Origin: Candidatus Latescibacterota bacterium
GTDB lineage: Bacteria; Latescibacterota; UBA2968; UBA8231
NCBI GenBank assembly: GCA_965248265.1
Contig: CBDFJF010000002.1
Span: 2,080,001 to 2,144,000 of the forward strand
Length of the DNA stretch: 64,000 bases
Reading direction: 5' to 3'
Shown here: piece after piece, positions 19,089 to 28,807 of the stretch
Layout of the letters: each line of letters starts with the position of its first letter
How positions within the stretch are numbered: the stretch's first letter is position 1
Program-made: the position numbers and the translations under genes
The notes under the pieces: generated by a model
The model's database searches: none
The model's input: only the letters and a program-made list of their open reading frames with translations
What the model was told of the DNA's origin: nothing

Positions 19089-20750
19089 CTATGAGCCCGG
19101 TTCGGGGCGACGCGGCGACGGGCTCTTCTCCCCGAAGGTCATGAGGAAGCGCGTCTCGCCCTGTGGTCCCTGGCGCAGCCAGAGCCCTGGATCGCCGGGG
19201 CCATACTCCTGGCCTTCGCGCCGCAGGCGGGCGTGGAAGAACCCGCCAGGCTGGGGTGTCAGGCCCTCGGGCAGCTCGGTCCATGTGCCCAGGACGACGG
19301 TTTCGCGGAGGGCAAGGTCGCCTTCGATGGTCCCCCCGCCTCCAGTGCCGGAGAAATCACCGACTGCGTGCCCCGAGTGGACCGTCAGGTCCAGGACGGT
19401 CTCCCAGCTCTCCCCCACCTGGACCTGCCACCGGCCTGCGAACAGGCTCCCACTGTAATCGGAGTAGCTCCGCACCTCGTCTATGATGCCCCACGGCTCG
19501 CAGGCCCTGGGGTAGCGGATGCAGAAGTCGCGCGCGTTGGCCCGCAGCACCTCCGTCTCCTTGGTGGGCCTGCTATCGGGGGAGTAGGGGTAGTCGAAGT
19601 AGGCCTCTCGAGCAGGACCCTTGAGGTTGGGGAGGATGGAGATGAACAGCAGGACGTAGGCGCCGATGTGGAAGAAGCGGCTCTTGAAGAAAGCCCGCGG
19701 CGTTGCCCAGGGGATGAGGGCATCCACCCTGACGTCGATCCTGGCGGCCACGCGCTCGAACGTCGGGACCAGCAGGTTGACAAGGAGCACGGGGAAGATC
19801 TTGTCGTAGTAGCTGACCTCGCCGAAGGCGCGCAGCAGCATGTAGGTCCCCACGATCGCGGTGCCCCAGGTCAGTCCGAAGAGGAACTTGCCCGTTTTGG
19901 ACCCGGGCGAGGTCGCGGGGTCCGTGGCCAGGAGGTTCAGGCCCAGGAACACGTTGATGTGGAAGATCCGGTGGGAGAACGGGGCACCCAGCAGCGACTC
20001 CGCACCGAAGAAGATCACGGTTAGCGCGAGGACGGCACCCAGGGTCACCTGGGTGGTGCGGAACAGGACCTGGACCATCAGGCCGAAGACGAACATGAAC
20101 TCGAAGAAGCTCGGGGGGAACTCGTAGGAGTTCACGAGGTTGACTCCGGTCGTCGCCGCGAGGGAGTCCGTCACGATCAGGAAAAAGCCAGCGAGGCTGA
20201 GGACGATGGCGGAGGGATTAAAGATGTGCCTGGAACGTCCGTCCCGATTCCAGCGGATGAAATCCTTCGTTAAGAACGCCACGGCGACCATCAAGAGCTG
20301 GCAGTAGAAGAACTCGGGCTTGAACCACAGGAACAGGTTGATGCTCCCGATGATCGGGAAGGGACCGAAGCCCATGCTCCAGGTGCGCCCTCGCGACCAG
20401 GCGAGGAGCATGTCGAACAGATAGGCGAAGACCAGTTGGATCAGCACCAGGGGGACATACTCGTAGACGGGGGCGTAGTAGAGACCCCAGTAGACGTAGT
20501 GCGACCCCTGCGTGAACCCCTGGAAGTAATGCGACGCTATGACCCGGAGGTCCGTGTCCAGTGGTCGCCCCCGCCGGAAGTGCTGCCACCAGACGACGCC
20601 CTGCCAGACGAGCAGGATTGCGCCCAGACCGGCGATCGAGTAGACGAGCACCGGCTCTCCTTCCCCGCTGGCCCAGATGATGGCTGCGGCGAGCAGTCCG
20701 TTCAGTACGAGGGCTCCGGTCAGGGCCATCTTTCGGGAGTGTTCGATCAT
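19089..20750 (-). CDS. Polytopic membrane protein, RnfD/NQR2-like (UnbU-related) family
   Basis: Many TM helices, with RHIFNPSA and ATDPATSP motifs typical of RnfD-like proteins. Confidence 0.6.
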   Translation of the reverse strand: MIEHSRKMALTGALVLNGLLAAAIIWASGEGEPVLVYSIAGLGAILLVWQGVVWWQHFRRGRPLDTDLRVIASHYFQGFTQGSHYVYWGLYYAPVYEYVPLVLIQLVFAYLFDMLLAWSRGRTWSMGFGPFPIIGSINLFLWFKPEFFYCQLLMVAVAFLTKDFIRWNRDGRSRHIFNPSAIVLSLAGFFLIVTDSLAATTGVNLVNSYEFPPSFFEFMFVFGLMVQVLFRTTQVTLGAVLALTVIFFGAESLLGAPFSHRIFHINVFLGLNLLATDPATSPGSKTGKFLFGLTWGTAIVGTYMLLRAFGEVSYYDKIFPVLLVNLLVPTFERVAARIDVRVDALIPWATPRAFFKSRFFHIGAYVLLFISILPNLKGPAREAYFDYPYSPDSRPTKETEVLRANARDFCIRYPRACEPWGIIDEVRSYSDYSGSLFAGRWQVQVGESWETVLDLTVHSGHAVGDFSGTGGGGTIEGDLALRETVVLGTWTELPEGLTPQPGGFFHARLRREGQEYGPGDPGLWLRQGPQGETRFLMTFGEKSPSPRRPEPGS

Positions 20751-20864
20751 GGGTCTCCGGCTCGTCTCGAGAGGCGGCTCGTTTTGAGCCCGCTCACGGC
20801 GGACATATGGTCTGTGGACAGAGGAGGTATAAAGCGACCTACCGGCAGTTTGTCAAGGTCGAGG

Positions 20865-22433
20865 TCAGGGCCGCCGAGAATCCGCTCTCACCCACTCTGT
20901 AATCAGCCTGCTCAACTCCCCGCGGATGCCAGGGTGGGGATCCAGTGCGAGGACCCGTCTGAAGACAGCTACGGCCTCCTCCTTCCTGTCCTGCCGCCAC
21001 AGGATGATCCCCAGCAGGTAGTTGGCATCCACCGAGTCGGGGAACGCCACCAGCTCTTTCTGGATGGCTTCCCGGGCGGCATCCAGCCGCCCCCACTGGA
21101 TGTAGATGAGGGCCAGGTTGTAATGGAGCAGCTGGAGAGCCTGATAAGGTGGAGCCAGCTGGGCAGCCGCTCGATACGCCCTCTCCGCCCGGCTCAGATC
21201 GCCCTCCAGGTGGTAGGCGATTCCCAGCTTCAAATGGGCGTTGGGCAGCTTCGGAGACGCCGCCACCGCTGCCAGCGAAAAAGCCTTGCGGTCAGCATAG
21301 GCCGCGGAGTAAGACCAGCTTCCGACGAAGAGTCCGACGCCGGCGGCGATCGCCACGGCCGCCACGACCCTGCGCGCCCGAGGCCACGCTTCCCACAGTC
21401 GCGAAACCGCCGCCACCAGCGCCACGAAGAGACAGCAGGCGGGCAAGTATGCCCGCGTCTCGAGGACGAGCCGCTCCGAAGCGAGAAGGGTCGGCGCCAG
21501 AAAGAGGAAGAAGCAGGCCCCGCCCCAGAGGAAGAGCCGCCGCCGCTCTCCCTGCAGGACCCAGGCGACGCCCCCAAGACAGACAAGCCCCAGGAGTCCG
21601 GGAACCCACGAGGTTTCCTCCCTGTCCGCCAGCACGGCCAGGTCGACGGGGGCGAGGAGCTTTCCCAGGTGCATGAGGGGAACGAGTCCATCGCTCAATG
21701 CCACCCCGTGCGATCGCAGCGCCAGGGGGTCCACGTTGCCGATGACGGCCGAGCGCAGGAGAGCCCAGGCGCCGGCGATCACCAGCCAACCGATCCAGAG
21801 TGCCGGCCACCGCATCGTCGACCACGCGCGCCGGCTCCACAGGAGGAGGGCGCCGGCCACTGGGACGAGGACGGCCGTCTCCTTGCACAGTAGCGCCAGT
21901 CCCCAGAGGCACAAGTGGCCGGCCAGCAGCGACCAGCGAGGCCGGTCACCCATGCGCACCAACGCGACCAGGGCGGCCAGAGAAAAGACGGCCAGCAGGC
22001 TGTCGAATCTGCCCGGTATCCAGGCCACGGTCTGGCAGAGGGCAGGATGAACTACGAAAAGGAGCGTGCCCGCCCATGCCGTCGGCCACTCCAGGGCAAG
22101 CGAGCGCAGCAGCGCAAAGAGGAGAAGAGCCGCAGCGACGTGGCAGAGTAGATTGGTGAGGTGAAAGGGAAGGGCGCTCCTCGACCCCTGCCACTGCGCA
22201 TCGAGAACGAAGGTCGCCGTCACCAGCGGGCGGTAGTACACGGCGTCGCTGACCATCGGTTGGCCGAAGGCGGCGGCGATGTAACTGAGGTCCTGGAGCC
22301 TGGTCCCCTGGTCTTCGATGAGCGTCGTGTCGTCGGTGCCGGTGAAGGCAAAACCCAGGCTGCGCCCGTAGAGGCCCGCGGCGAGGACCACCACGCTGCA
22401 CAGCAGGACCGTCAGCCGAGTCCGGGCTTCCAT
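20865..22433 (-). CDS. TMTC-like GT-C protein mannosyltransferase with TPRs
   Basis: FTGTDD, YYRPL, FHLTNLLCH, FVVHP, VAWIPGR, LLCKE and ETRAYLP, plus C-terminal TPRs. Start at ATG 22433. Confidence 0.85.
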   Translation of the reverse strand: MEARTRLTVLLCSVVVLAAGLYGRSLGFAFTGTDDTTLIEDQGTRLQDLSYIAAAFGQPMVSDAVYYRPLVTATFVLDAQWQGSRSALPFHLTNLLCHVAAALLLFALLRSLALEWPTAWAGTLLFVVHPALCQTVAWIPGRFDSLLAVFSLAALVALVRMGDRPRWSLLAGHLCLWGLALLCKETAVLVPVAGALLLWSRRAWSTMRWPALWIGWLVIAGAWALLRSAVIGNVDPLALRSHGVALSDGLVPLMHLGKLLAPVDLAVLADREETSWVPGLLGLVCLGGVAWVLQGERRRLFLWGGACFFLFLAPTLLASERLVLETRAYLPACCLFVALVAAVSRLWEAWPRARRVVAAVAIAAGVGLFVGSWSYSAAYADRKAFSLAAVAASPKLPNAHLKLGIAYHLEGDLSRAERAYRAAAQLAPPYQALQLLHYNLALIYIQWGRLDAAREAIQKELVAFPDSVDANYLLGIILWRQDRKEEAVAVFRRVLALDPHPGIRGELSRLITEWVRADSRRP

Positions 22434-22440
22434 CCCCCGC

Positions 22441-23562
22441 CTACTGCTGTCCGCCCAGGCGGGCGGCGATCTGGCGGGCCGCCAGGGCATGCCCGGCGGG
22501 GTTCCAATGGCTGTCCCGATAATAGAGGGGCTGGCGCTGGGCCTTTTCTTTAAAGACGGGGTACAGGTCGAGGAAATCGATCCCGTAGCGCTCGGCGATG
22601 GCTCCGAGCCGCTTGTTCGGCTTGAGCAGGTCGTAGCGACCCACCAGGTCGCGCAGCTTGGGGGCCCACTCCTCGGCCTCGACCTGGACGATGGCCGGCA
22701 CATAGACCAGCATGAAACGGGCGCCGCTCTTTTCGACTGCCGTCTTGAAAGCCGCCAGCAGGATGCCGCTGGCTTCCCATGCACGTTCGTAGCGCCCTTC
22801 GGCGTCCAGCCCGTAGAGGGCGTCGTAGAACTGACCCTGTTGTTCGCCGCTCATCTGGGGCGTCAGAGCTTTGCGGGCAAGAACGTAGAGGTGCCATTGC
22901 TGGGTGAGGTAGTGCTGGAGCCGAAGGTCCCAGGACTCCTTCTCCCAATAGTCCTTGTCCCAGTACCGCGTCCTGGGTACCGGCACCCCTTTCAGGCGCA
23001 GGCGGCCGCCCGCGGCGAAGGAGAAATGAGGCTTGTAGCCCTGCTCGGTGCCGATGCCCCAGTCGGAGACATTATTCCACAGGTCGTTGGCGTAGTAGCA
23101 GACCACGACGCAGTCGGGGTGGAAAGCCGCGCCCTCCTTCTGGAAGAGCAGCATCTCCTGGTCCGTACCGTAGCCGGCCACGCCGAAATTGAGCACCTGG
23201 TCTCCCGCCAGGATCTGCCGCAACCGGCCGGAGACCGTCTGTTCCACCTCGACGCCCCAACCTTCGACGAAGGAGTCGCCGAAAACCAGCAGCCGCTCTC
23301 CGGCCTCCGGCGGCTCGGGGGGGACGGGCCTGTCGCGCAGTCCCGCCGCATTGATCCGGTACTCCACGTCGAATTCGGGGCCGATCTGCCGCCCGGCCGC
23401 GCCGACGATGTGCGCCCACCCCAACAGCTCGTCGTAGCGCCAGACCGGCGGCCGCTGCGAAAGCTGCGGCCAGAAGGCCGCCAGGAGCCCTTCGCCGGCC
23501 AACAGCCCCACCACCAATCCACCCAGCACCAGCAGAGCAGAAGCACCGCGCACCCGATTCAC
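22441..23562 (-). CDS. SGNH hydrolase / AlgX-AlgJ-like O-acetyltransferase-domain protein
   Basis: FGDSFVEG, NFGVAGYGTDQ, YYAND and DSHWNPAGH. Confidence 0.85.
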   Translation of the reverse strand: MNRVRGASALLVLGGLVVGLLAGEGLLAAFWPQLSQRPPVWRYDELLGWAHIVGAAGRQIGPEFDVEYRINAAGLRDRPVPPEPPEAGERLLVFGDSFVEGWGVEVEQTVSGRLRQILAGDQVLNFGVAGYGTDQEMLLFQKEGAAFHPDCVVVCYYANDLWNNVSDWGIGTEQGYKPHFSFAAGGRLRLKGVPVPRTRYWDKDYWEKESWDLRLQHYLTQQWHLYVLARKALTPQMSGEQQGQFYDALYGLDAEGRYERAWEASGILLAAFKTAVEKSGARFMLVYVPAIVQVEAEEWAPKLRDLVGRYDLLKPNKRLGAIAERYGIDFLDLYPVFKEKAQRQPLYYRDSHWNPAGHALAARQIAARLGGQQ

Positions 23563-23659
23563 CTCCGACCGATCGCGTTGACGAATGCGGGGATACTATG
23601 CGCTGTGCCCTGGCAAGGTCAAGGGGAGGTGCTCTGCGCTATAGTCCGGACCGCAGAGA

Positions 23660-23795
23660 CGATCACTCGGTAACGCCCGGCCGCCAGGGGCTCGTCCACG
23701 AGCAGGTGGACGAGCTGCCCGAGGGAGTTGTGGATCGACAGCCGCGCGGGTCCGGCGGTTGCCACCGTGAAGTGGAGGACGGGGTTGAGGGGCGA
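23660..23795 (-). pseudogene. Orphan fragment of an FlgD-Ig/T9SS type A-like sorting domain
   Basis: Manual translation 'PLNPVLHFTVATAGPARLSIHNSLGQLVHLLVDEPLAAGRYRV'. No ATG/GTG/TTG lies between this fragment and the upstream in-frame stop. Confidence 0.55.
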
Positions 23796-24119
23796 TATTA
23801 CAGTTGCGAAGGGAACCCGCCCTTTGTACAGTCGGACAAGACTCGTGCGGAGAGTTTCGTCTGCGCCGGCAGAGGCGCGATGGAGGGCCAGGAGAAGCGG
23901 GTTGGCGCGCGCTGTGATCGTCTGCCTATTTTCAGCCGCGTGATCGAGACGGGGGATGCGCCAGGGAGGATGATGGCTTTAGGTGTCGTGCTGAACGGAA
24001 CGGTGAACAGGTCCAGCGAACACTGGATCGACTACCTGCGGGTAGATCTTTGCGAGGAGTCCCTTGTCGCCCCGGAGGCCCCCATGCCTCCTTCCCGGGC
24101 ACGGCACTGAGAGTCCGCG

Positions 24120-26690
24120 ATGCGTTGGGTCGTCCCCTGCCTCTTCTTCCTGTCCGGCGCCTGCGGCCTCGTCTACCAGGTCGTCTGGGCCCGCATGCTC
24201 ACCGTCGTCTTCGGCGCCACGGTCCTGGCCGTGAGCACGGTGCTGAGCGCCTTCATGGCCGGCCTCGCCCTGGGCAGCTTCCTCCTGGGGCGCCGGGTCG
24301 ACCGCGTCCGCCGGCCGCTGCGCGTCTTCGCGTTGCTCGAGGCCGGTATCGGATCCTACGCCCTGCTCTTTCCGACCCTGTGCGGCGGGATCGGCTCCTC
24401 CGCGGCTGGCCTGCTCCCCGCCCTGGGACCCGAGGGCGGCGCCCTCTACCCGGCCCTGCGCTTCGCCACGAGCTTCGCCCTCCTGCTCGTGCCGACGGCG
24501 CTGATGGGCGCCACCCTTCCGGTGCTGACCAAGTTCGTCGTCCGCCGTCTCTCCGACGTCGGCATCGGCGTCGGCCTGCTCTACGGCCTCAATACCCTGG
24601 GAGCCGTCGCCGGGGTCGTCCTCATCACATTCTTTCTGATGGAAGCGCTCGGGCTGGAGACGAGCACCTACGCCGTCGCCGCGGTCAACTTTACCGTCGC
24701 CGCCGTCGCCTGGTTGATTGACCGGCGATCGGTCTGCGCGGCGCAGGCCGCCGAGGCAGCGGTGCCGCAGCGACGCGCAGACTCGACTCCCGCGCCCGGC
24801 GGCTCGCCGGCCCTGCCCGGATACCTGCTCGCCGTCGTCATCGCCGGCTTTGGCCTGTCCGGCTTCGCCGCGCTGGGCTACGAGGTGGCCTGGCTGCGGC
24901 TGCTGATCGTCACGTTCCAGGCCAACACGCACTACGATTTCAGCATCATCCTGATCGCCTTTCTGCTGGGGATCTCGCTGGGCAGCTTCGCCTGCAGCCG
25001 CTACCTGAGGCGCGGGCGGGATCTCCTCTCGCTGTTCGGGGTCATGGAAATCCTCATCGGCTTCATGGGCATCTGCTCCGTGTTCCTCTTCGTGTGGTCT
25101 ACGGAGTGGATCGAGTCGGTGGTACAGACCCGCTCGTGGTGGCAGTACCGTCTTGGGATGTTCTCCCTCGCCTTCGCCATCATGTTCGTACCGACCCTGC
25201 TGATGGGGGCTCTGTTTCCAGTGGTCAGCCGCATCAACACCCGCGCCCTGCAGCGCCTCGGCCGCGGCGTCGGTGACGCCTACGCCGTCAACAGCCTCGG
25301 CTCGATCGGCGGCTCGGTCGTCACCGGCTTCGTGTTGATTCCCGCCTTCGGAACGGAGGGCGCCTTCCGGGCCCTTGGCCTGCTGAACCTGGCGGTCGGT
25401 CTGGCCGTGCTCCTGCTGCATCCGGGCCTCCGGTCGCGCGCCCGGAAGGGGATTGTGGTCGGTGCGGCGCTGGCTGCCGCCGTTCTCGCCGTCGCCTTGG
25501 GCCCCCGGGACGTTCTGAGGGGGGTCGCCGAACCGAGCCAGCCGGGGGCTGAGCTCGTCTTCTACAGCGAGGGTCGCGAGGGGGTCGTCACCGTCGTGGC
25601 TCAGCCCGGGTACCGCGAGATGCAGTTCAACAGGGGGAACCAGGTGCCCAGCGACTTCCCCTCCCTTCAACTGTTCCGCCTGCTGGGACACCTCCCCTTG
25701 CTGCTCCACGAGGACCCACAGGAGGTCCTCGTCATCGCCCTCGGGGGAGGCATAGCGCTGGGCTCTGTAGCTCAGCACGACCTCAAGGAAGTGGAGTGCG
25801 TGGAGATGGTGCCCGACGTGCTGGAGGCAGCCCGGGAGGAGTTCGGGCCCTTCAACCATCGGGTGATGGAGCGCCTGGAGGATTTACCGATCGACATCGT
25901 CATCGACGACGGCCGCAACTACCTGTTGACGAGGTCCCGTAAGTACGACGTCATCACGGGGGATGCCACCCATCCGAGCACCACCGACAGCTGGGTGCTC
26001 TACACCCGGGAGTTCTATCAGTTGTGCCGGGCGCACCTGGCCGAAGGGGGGATCTTCGCGCAGTGGTTGCCCTACCACGCTCTCCGAGTCGAGGATTTCA
26101 AGACCGCCCTGCGCACCTTCGGGAGCGTGTTCGAGCACGCGACGCTGTGGCACACGAGCAACTACGCCCTCATGGTAGGGACGACGCAGCCCCTGAGGAT
26201 CGACATGGAGCGCCTCGAGCGGGCTTTCGACCACCCGTCGGTTCGCGAGAGCCTGGAAGAGGTCCATCTGGGGAGGCCGATCGATCTCCTCAGTTGCTTC
26301 CTCCTGGACGAGGTCTCATTCTCCGATTACGTGGGCCCAGGAGCCGTCAACACGGACGACCATCCGTACCTCAGCTTCGCCAGCCCGGGCGGCTTCGATG
26401 CCCAAATGTGGCGGGTTCTGGATGATCTGGGTCGCTACGTCGACGACCACCCGGTGGAGCTGGGGCCCTGGATCCTGTTTCCGGATGAGGCCGCGCGCCA
26501 GGTCTGGAGGCTACGCCTGGCGACATATTTTGAGAGCAAGCGCCACGAGCTGGCGGGGGACATCCAGCGGCTGAGGTTGGACTGGGATGGAGCCTCCCGG
26601 GCCTACGGGAAGGCTCTGGAAGTGAACCCGGAGGCGAACACGGCTGCCTACCACTACAGGCAGATAGGGCGCCCGGCGCGGAGCCATTGA
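24120..26690 (+). CDS. Fused MFS-like / spermidine synthase-like protein (short TPR tail)
   Basis: Paralog of 15953..19039: LFFLSGACGLVYQVVW, LYGLNTLGA, GGGIALG, DDGRNYL, DATHP and LYTREFY. Confidence 0.88.
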   Translation: MRWVVPCLFFLSGACGLVYQVVWARMLTVVFGATVLAVSTVLSAFMAGLALGSFLLGRRVDRVRRPLRVFALLEAGIGSYALLFPTLCGGIGSSAAGLLPALGPEGGALYPALRFATSFALLLVPTALMGATLPVLTKFVVRRLSDVGIGVGLLYGLNTLGAVAGVVLITFFLMEALGLETSTYAVAAVNFTVAAVAWLIDRRSVCAAQAAEAAVPQRRADSTPAPGGSPALPGYLLAVVIAGFGLSGFAALGYEVAWLRLLIVTFQANTHYDFSIILIAFLLGISLGSFACSRYLRRGRDLLSLFGVMEILIGFMGICSVFLFVWSTEWIESVVQTRSWWQYRLGMFSLAFAIMFVPTLLMGALFPVVSRINTRALQRLGRGVGDAYAVNSLGSIGGSVVTGFVLIPAFGTEGAFRALGLLNLAVGLAVLLLHPGLRSRARKGIVVGAALAAAVLAVALGPRDVLRGVAEPSQPGAELVFYSEGREGVVTVVAQPGYREMQFNRGNQVPSDFPSLQLFRLLGHLPLLLHEDPQEVLVIALGGGIALGSVAQHDLKEVECVEMVPDVLEAAREEFGPFNHRVMERLEDLPIDIVIDDGRNYLLTRSRKYDVITGDATHPSTTDSWVLYTREFYQLCRAHLAEGGIFAQWLPYHALRVEDFKTALRTFGSVFEHATLWHTSNYALMVGTTQPLRIDMERLERAFDHPSVRESLEEVHLGRPIDLLSCFLLDEVSFSDYVGPGAVNTDDHPYLSFASPGGFDAQMWRVLDDLGRYVDDHPVELGPWILFPDEAARQVWRLRLATYFESKRHELAGDIQRLRLDWDGASRAYGKALEVNPEANTAAYHYRQIGRPARSH

Positions 26691-26711
26691 CGGATCCATG
26701 GTTCCGGTCCC

Positions 26712-28673
26712 TCATTCCAGGCGGGACGCTCGCTCGAAAGCAGCGGCGGCTTCCTGCGCCATACCCAACTGCCGGTAGAGCGCTCCAACCGCTCGCAGCG
26801 TCTCGCCGTCGCGGGCTCGCTCTTCCAGAGCCCGCACCTGGACCAGGGCGGCCGCCGGGTCGCCCCGATGGATCTCCAGGGCCGCGAGCTGACGATACAG
26901 CGGAAGGGCCTCCGGATCGAGCTCGAGAGCCCGCCGGTAGGCTGCAGCCGCCCCCTCCAGGTTGCCCGTATGGCTCAGGCACTGGGCCAGGCGGGCTTGG
27001 GTGACGGACCAGTCCGGCTTCTCTTCGATCAGGTGTTGGTAGTGGCGGGCGGCCAGAGCATAGTCCCCGGCCTGCAAATGCATGTCCGCCACTACGAAGC
27101 GGGCATCGCTGCGGTCTGGGTACAGCTCCAGGAGTCGCTCCCAGGTCGCCAGGGCTCGCCGCTGGTTGCCGAGCCGCATCAACACCGTGCCCATATCCAT
27201 CAGAGCGATTTCGTGATCCGGTTCCTTCTCCAGGGCTAACTCATACTGCTGCAACGCCCTGGCTGGCAAATCCTCGGCGCCGTAGGCCTGTCCCAGGTAG
27301 ACGTGCTCCTGGGCATCACCGTGACCTGCATGGGCAGGGGCGCCCGCGTTGAGGGCCACCGTCAGCCCGCCCAGGGGGACGAGGGCCGCAGCCAGCCGGC
27401 GTCCTCGGAGCAGGCGGAGGCGCGCCACGGCGTAGCTGGCGAAGAGGAGGAGGGGGGGGACGACGGGCAGCCGGTAGCGGCCGGTGACGAAGAAGAGGAC
27501 GACGGAGATGGTGTAGGCCACCGTGAAGAGGAGGAGGAGGTCGCCCGTTGGCGTGCGGTCCCTGGGGCTGCGCAGATAGAGGAACAGACCCGCCAGGGCC
27601 AGGGGAGAGGCGATCCCGAAGGGAAAGGCCAGTCCCCGGATCCACAAGAGCCCCTGCAACAGCCACGAATGCCGGCGGGCAAAGTAGGGATCGAGGTTGC
27701 GCGGGATCTCGTCTCCGCGCCAGAAGAGGTAGAGCTTGCGTATCTGGAGGAAGGCGTACCCGGCTGGATCGGAGGTCAGGTAATCCCAGGAGCGGGAAAA
27801 GAAAAACTGTGAGCCCGCCTTCCCGGTGATGCCCGCCTCCCTCTCGGGCATGTCCGTCAACTCCTGCCAGTCGCGTCCCGGACGGATGTTCGTGGTGCGG
27901 TCGTAATCGGGGTTGTTGCCGATGTAGAAGTTGATCCCGCTGTTGTGGGAGATGAGGACCCATTCCCCGCCCACGAATAAGTTGCGCAGGGTCACCGGGG
28001 CTATCGCCAGGGCGACGCCAAGGACGAGCGCTCCAAGGGCCCAGCAACGGGGAGCGGGCACCTGAGAGCGGGCCCACAGGAGCGCCACGGGAACGAAGAG
28101 GAGGACGCTGGCCACCACCAGGGAGCTCAGTCCCAAGAGGAAACCGGCGATCAGCCAGCTGCGGGTTCCCCCCGAGGGGGCGCGGACGAGGGCAAGCAGG
28201 GCCAGGCAATCGAGGAAAACGGCTAGGCCGGCCGGCAGCAGCTCCCCCTCGAAGTAGATAAAAGGGCCGTAGAGGGCCGCTGCTGCTGCTGCCAGCCACC
28301 CGACATTGGGGGAGAAAGCCCGGCGTCCCAGGGCCAGAATCAGGAGGCAGGTCGCCGTCCCGGCGGCGGCCTGGAGGAGACGGGGCAGCCAGTAGCCTTC
28401 GCCGAACAGCGAAAAGAGCAGCCCGAGCAGGTAAGGGAACAGCGGCGGCTGCCAGAAGGGCTGGGGGTCCCCCAGCCAATGCCCATCGGCGAGTTGCAGA
28501 GCCGCCTGCACGTAGGTACGGGCATCGACGATGGGGTGGGTGAACAGAGGGCTGTCGGCAGCCTGCGCGAGGTACAGCAGGCGCAGGGAGAGGGCTGACA
28601 CGGCCAGCAGTAGCGGGCCGATGAAGGGCCGACGCCGAAGGAGGCCTGCGAAGTCTCGCAGACGGAGCAACAT
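26712..28673 (-). CDS. GT-C (GT39/ArnT-PMT-like) glycosyltransferase with TPRs
   Basis: PIVDARTY, WQPPLFPY, LYGPFIYFEG, NSGINFYIGNN and FFVTGRYRLP, plus C-terminal TPRs. Confidence 0.85.
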   Translation of the reverse strand: MLLRLRDFAGLLRRRPFIGPLLLAVSALSLRLLYLAQAADSPLFTHPIVDARTYVQAALQLADGHWLGDPQPFWQPPLFPYLLGLLFSLFGEGYWLPRLLQAAAGTATCLLILALGRRAFSPNVGWLAAAAAALYGPFIYFEGELLPAGLAVFLDCLALLALVRAPSGGTRSWLIAGFLLGLSSLVVASVLLFVPVALLWARSQVPAPRCWALGALVLGVALAIAPVTLRNLFVGGEWVLISHNSGINFYIGNNPDYDRTTNIRPGRDWQELTDMPEREAGITGKAGSQFFFSRSWDYLTSDPAGYAFLQIRKLYLFWRGDEIPRNLDPYFARRHSWLLQGLLWIRGLAFPFGIASPLALAGLFLYLRSPRDRTPTGDLLLLFTVAYTISVVLFFVTGRYRLPVVPPLLLFASYAVARLRLLRGRRLAAALVPLGGLTVALNAGAPAHAGHGDAQEHVYLGQAYGAEDLPARALQQYELALEKEPDHEIALMDMGTVLMRLGNQRRALATWERLLELYPDRSDARFVVADMHLQAGDYALAARHYQHLIEEKPDWSVTQARLAQCLSHTGNLEGAAAAYRRALELDPEALPLYRQLAALEIHRGDPAAALVQVRALEERARDGETLRAVGALYRQLGMAQEAAAAFERASRLE

Positions 28674-28717
28674 TTCGGGGAATCCAGGCGAGTGTGGAGG
28701 GGGATGGGCAGCCGGAT

Positions 28718-28760
28718 AAAAAAAGAGCGCCGGGCAGGTCCAACTCCACCTGCCCGGCGC
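28718..28760 (-). terminator. Intrinsic terminator after SWGRIK gene 1
   Basis: Minus strand GCGCCGGGCAGGT-loop-ACCTGCCCGGCGC followed by TCTTTTTTT. Confidence 0.85.
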
Positions 28761-28807
28761 AACAACTTGCGAACCGCTGATCTGTACTTCAGATCAGAAG
28801 ATGTCGC

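Noticed and set aside
19089-20750. Rnf/Nqr respiratory complex or enediyne cluster
   Set aside because: Only a lone RnfD-like membrane protein is present, with no other rnf/nqr subunits and no PKS genes.
15953-26690. Calling the two fused proteins speE
   Set aside because: They lack the canonical GGGDG motif (GGGIA instead) and carry large membrane and TPR domains, so the activity is unknown.
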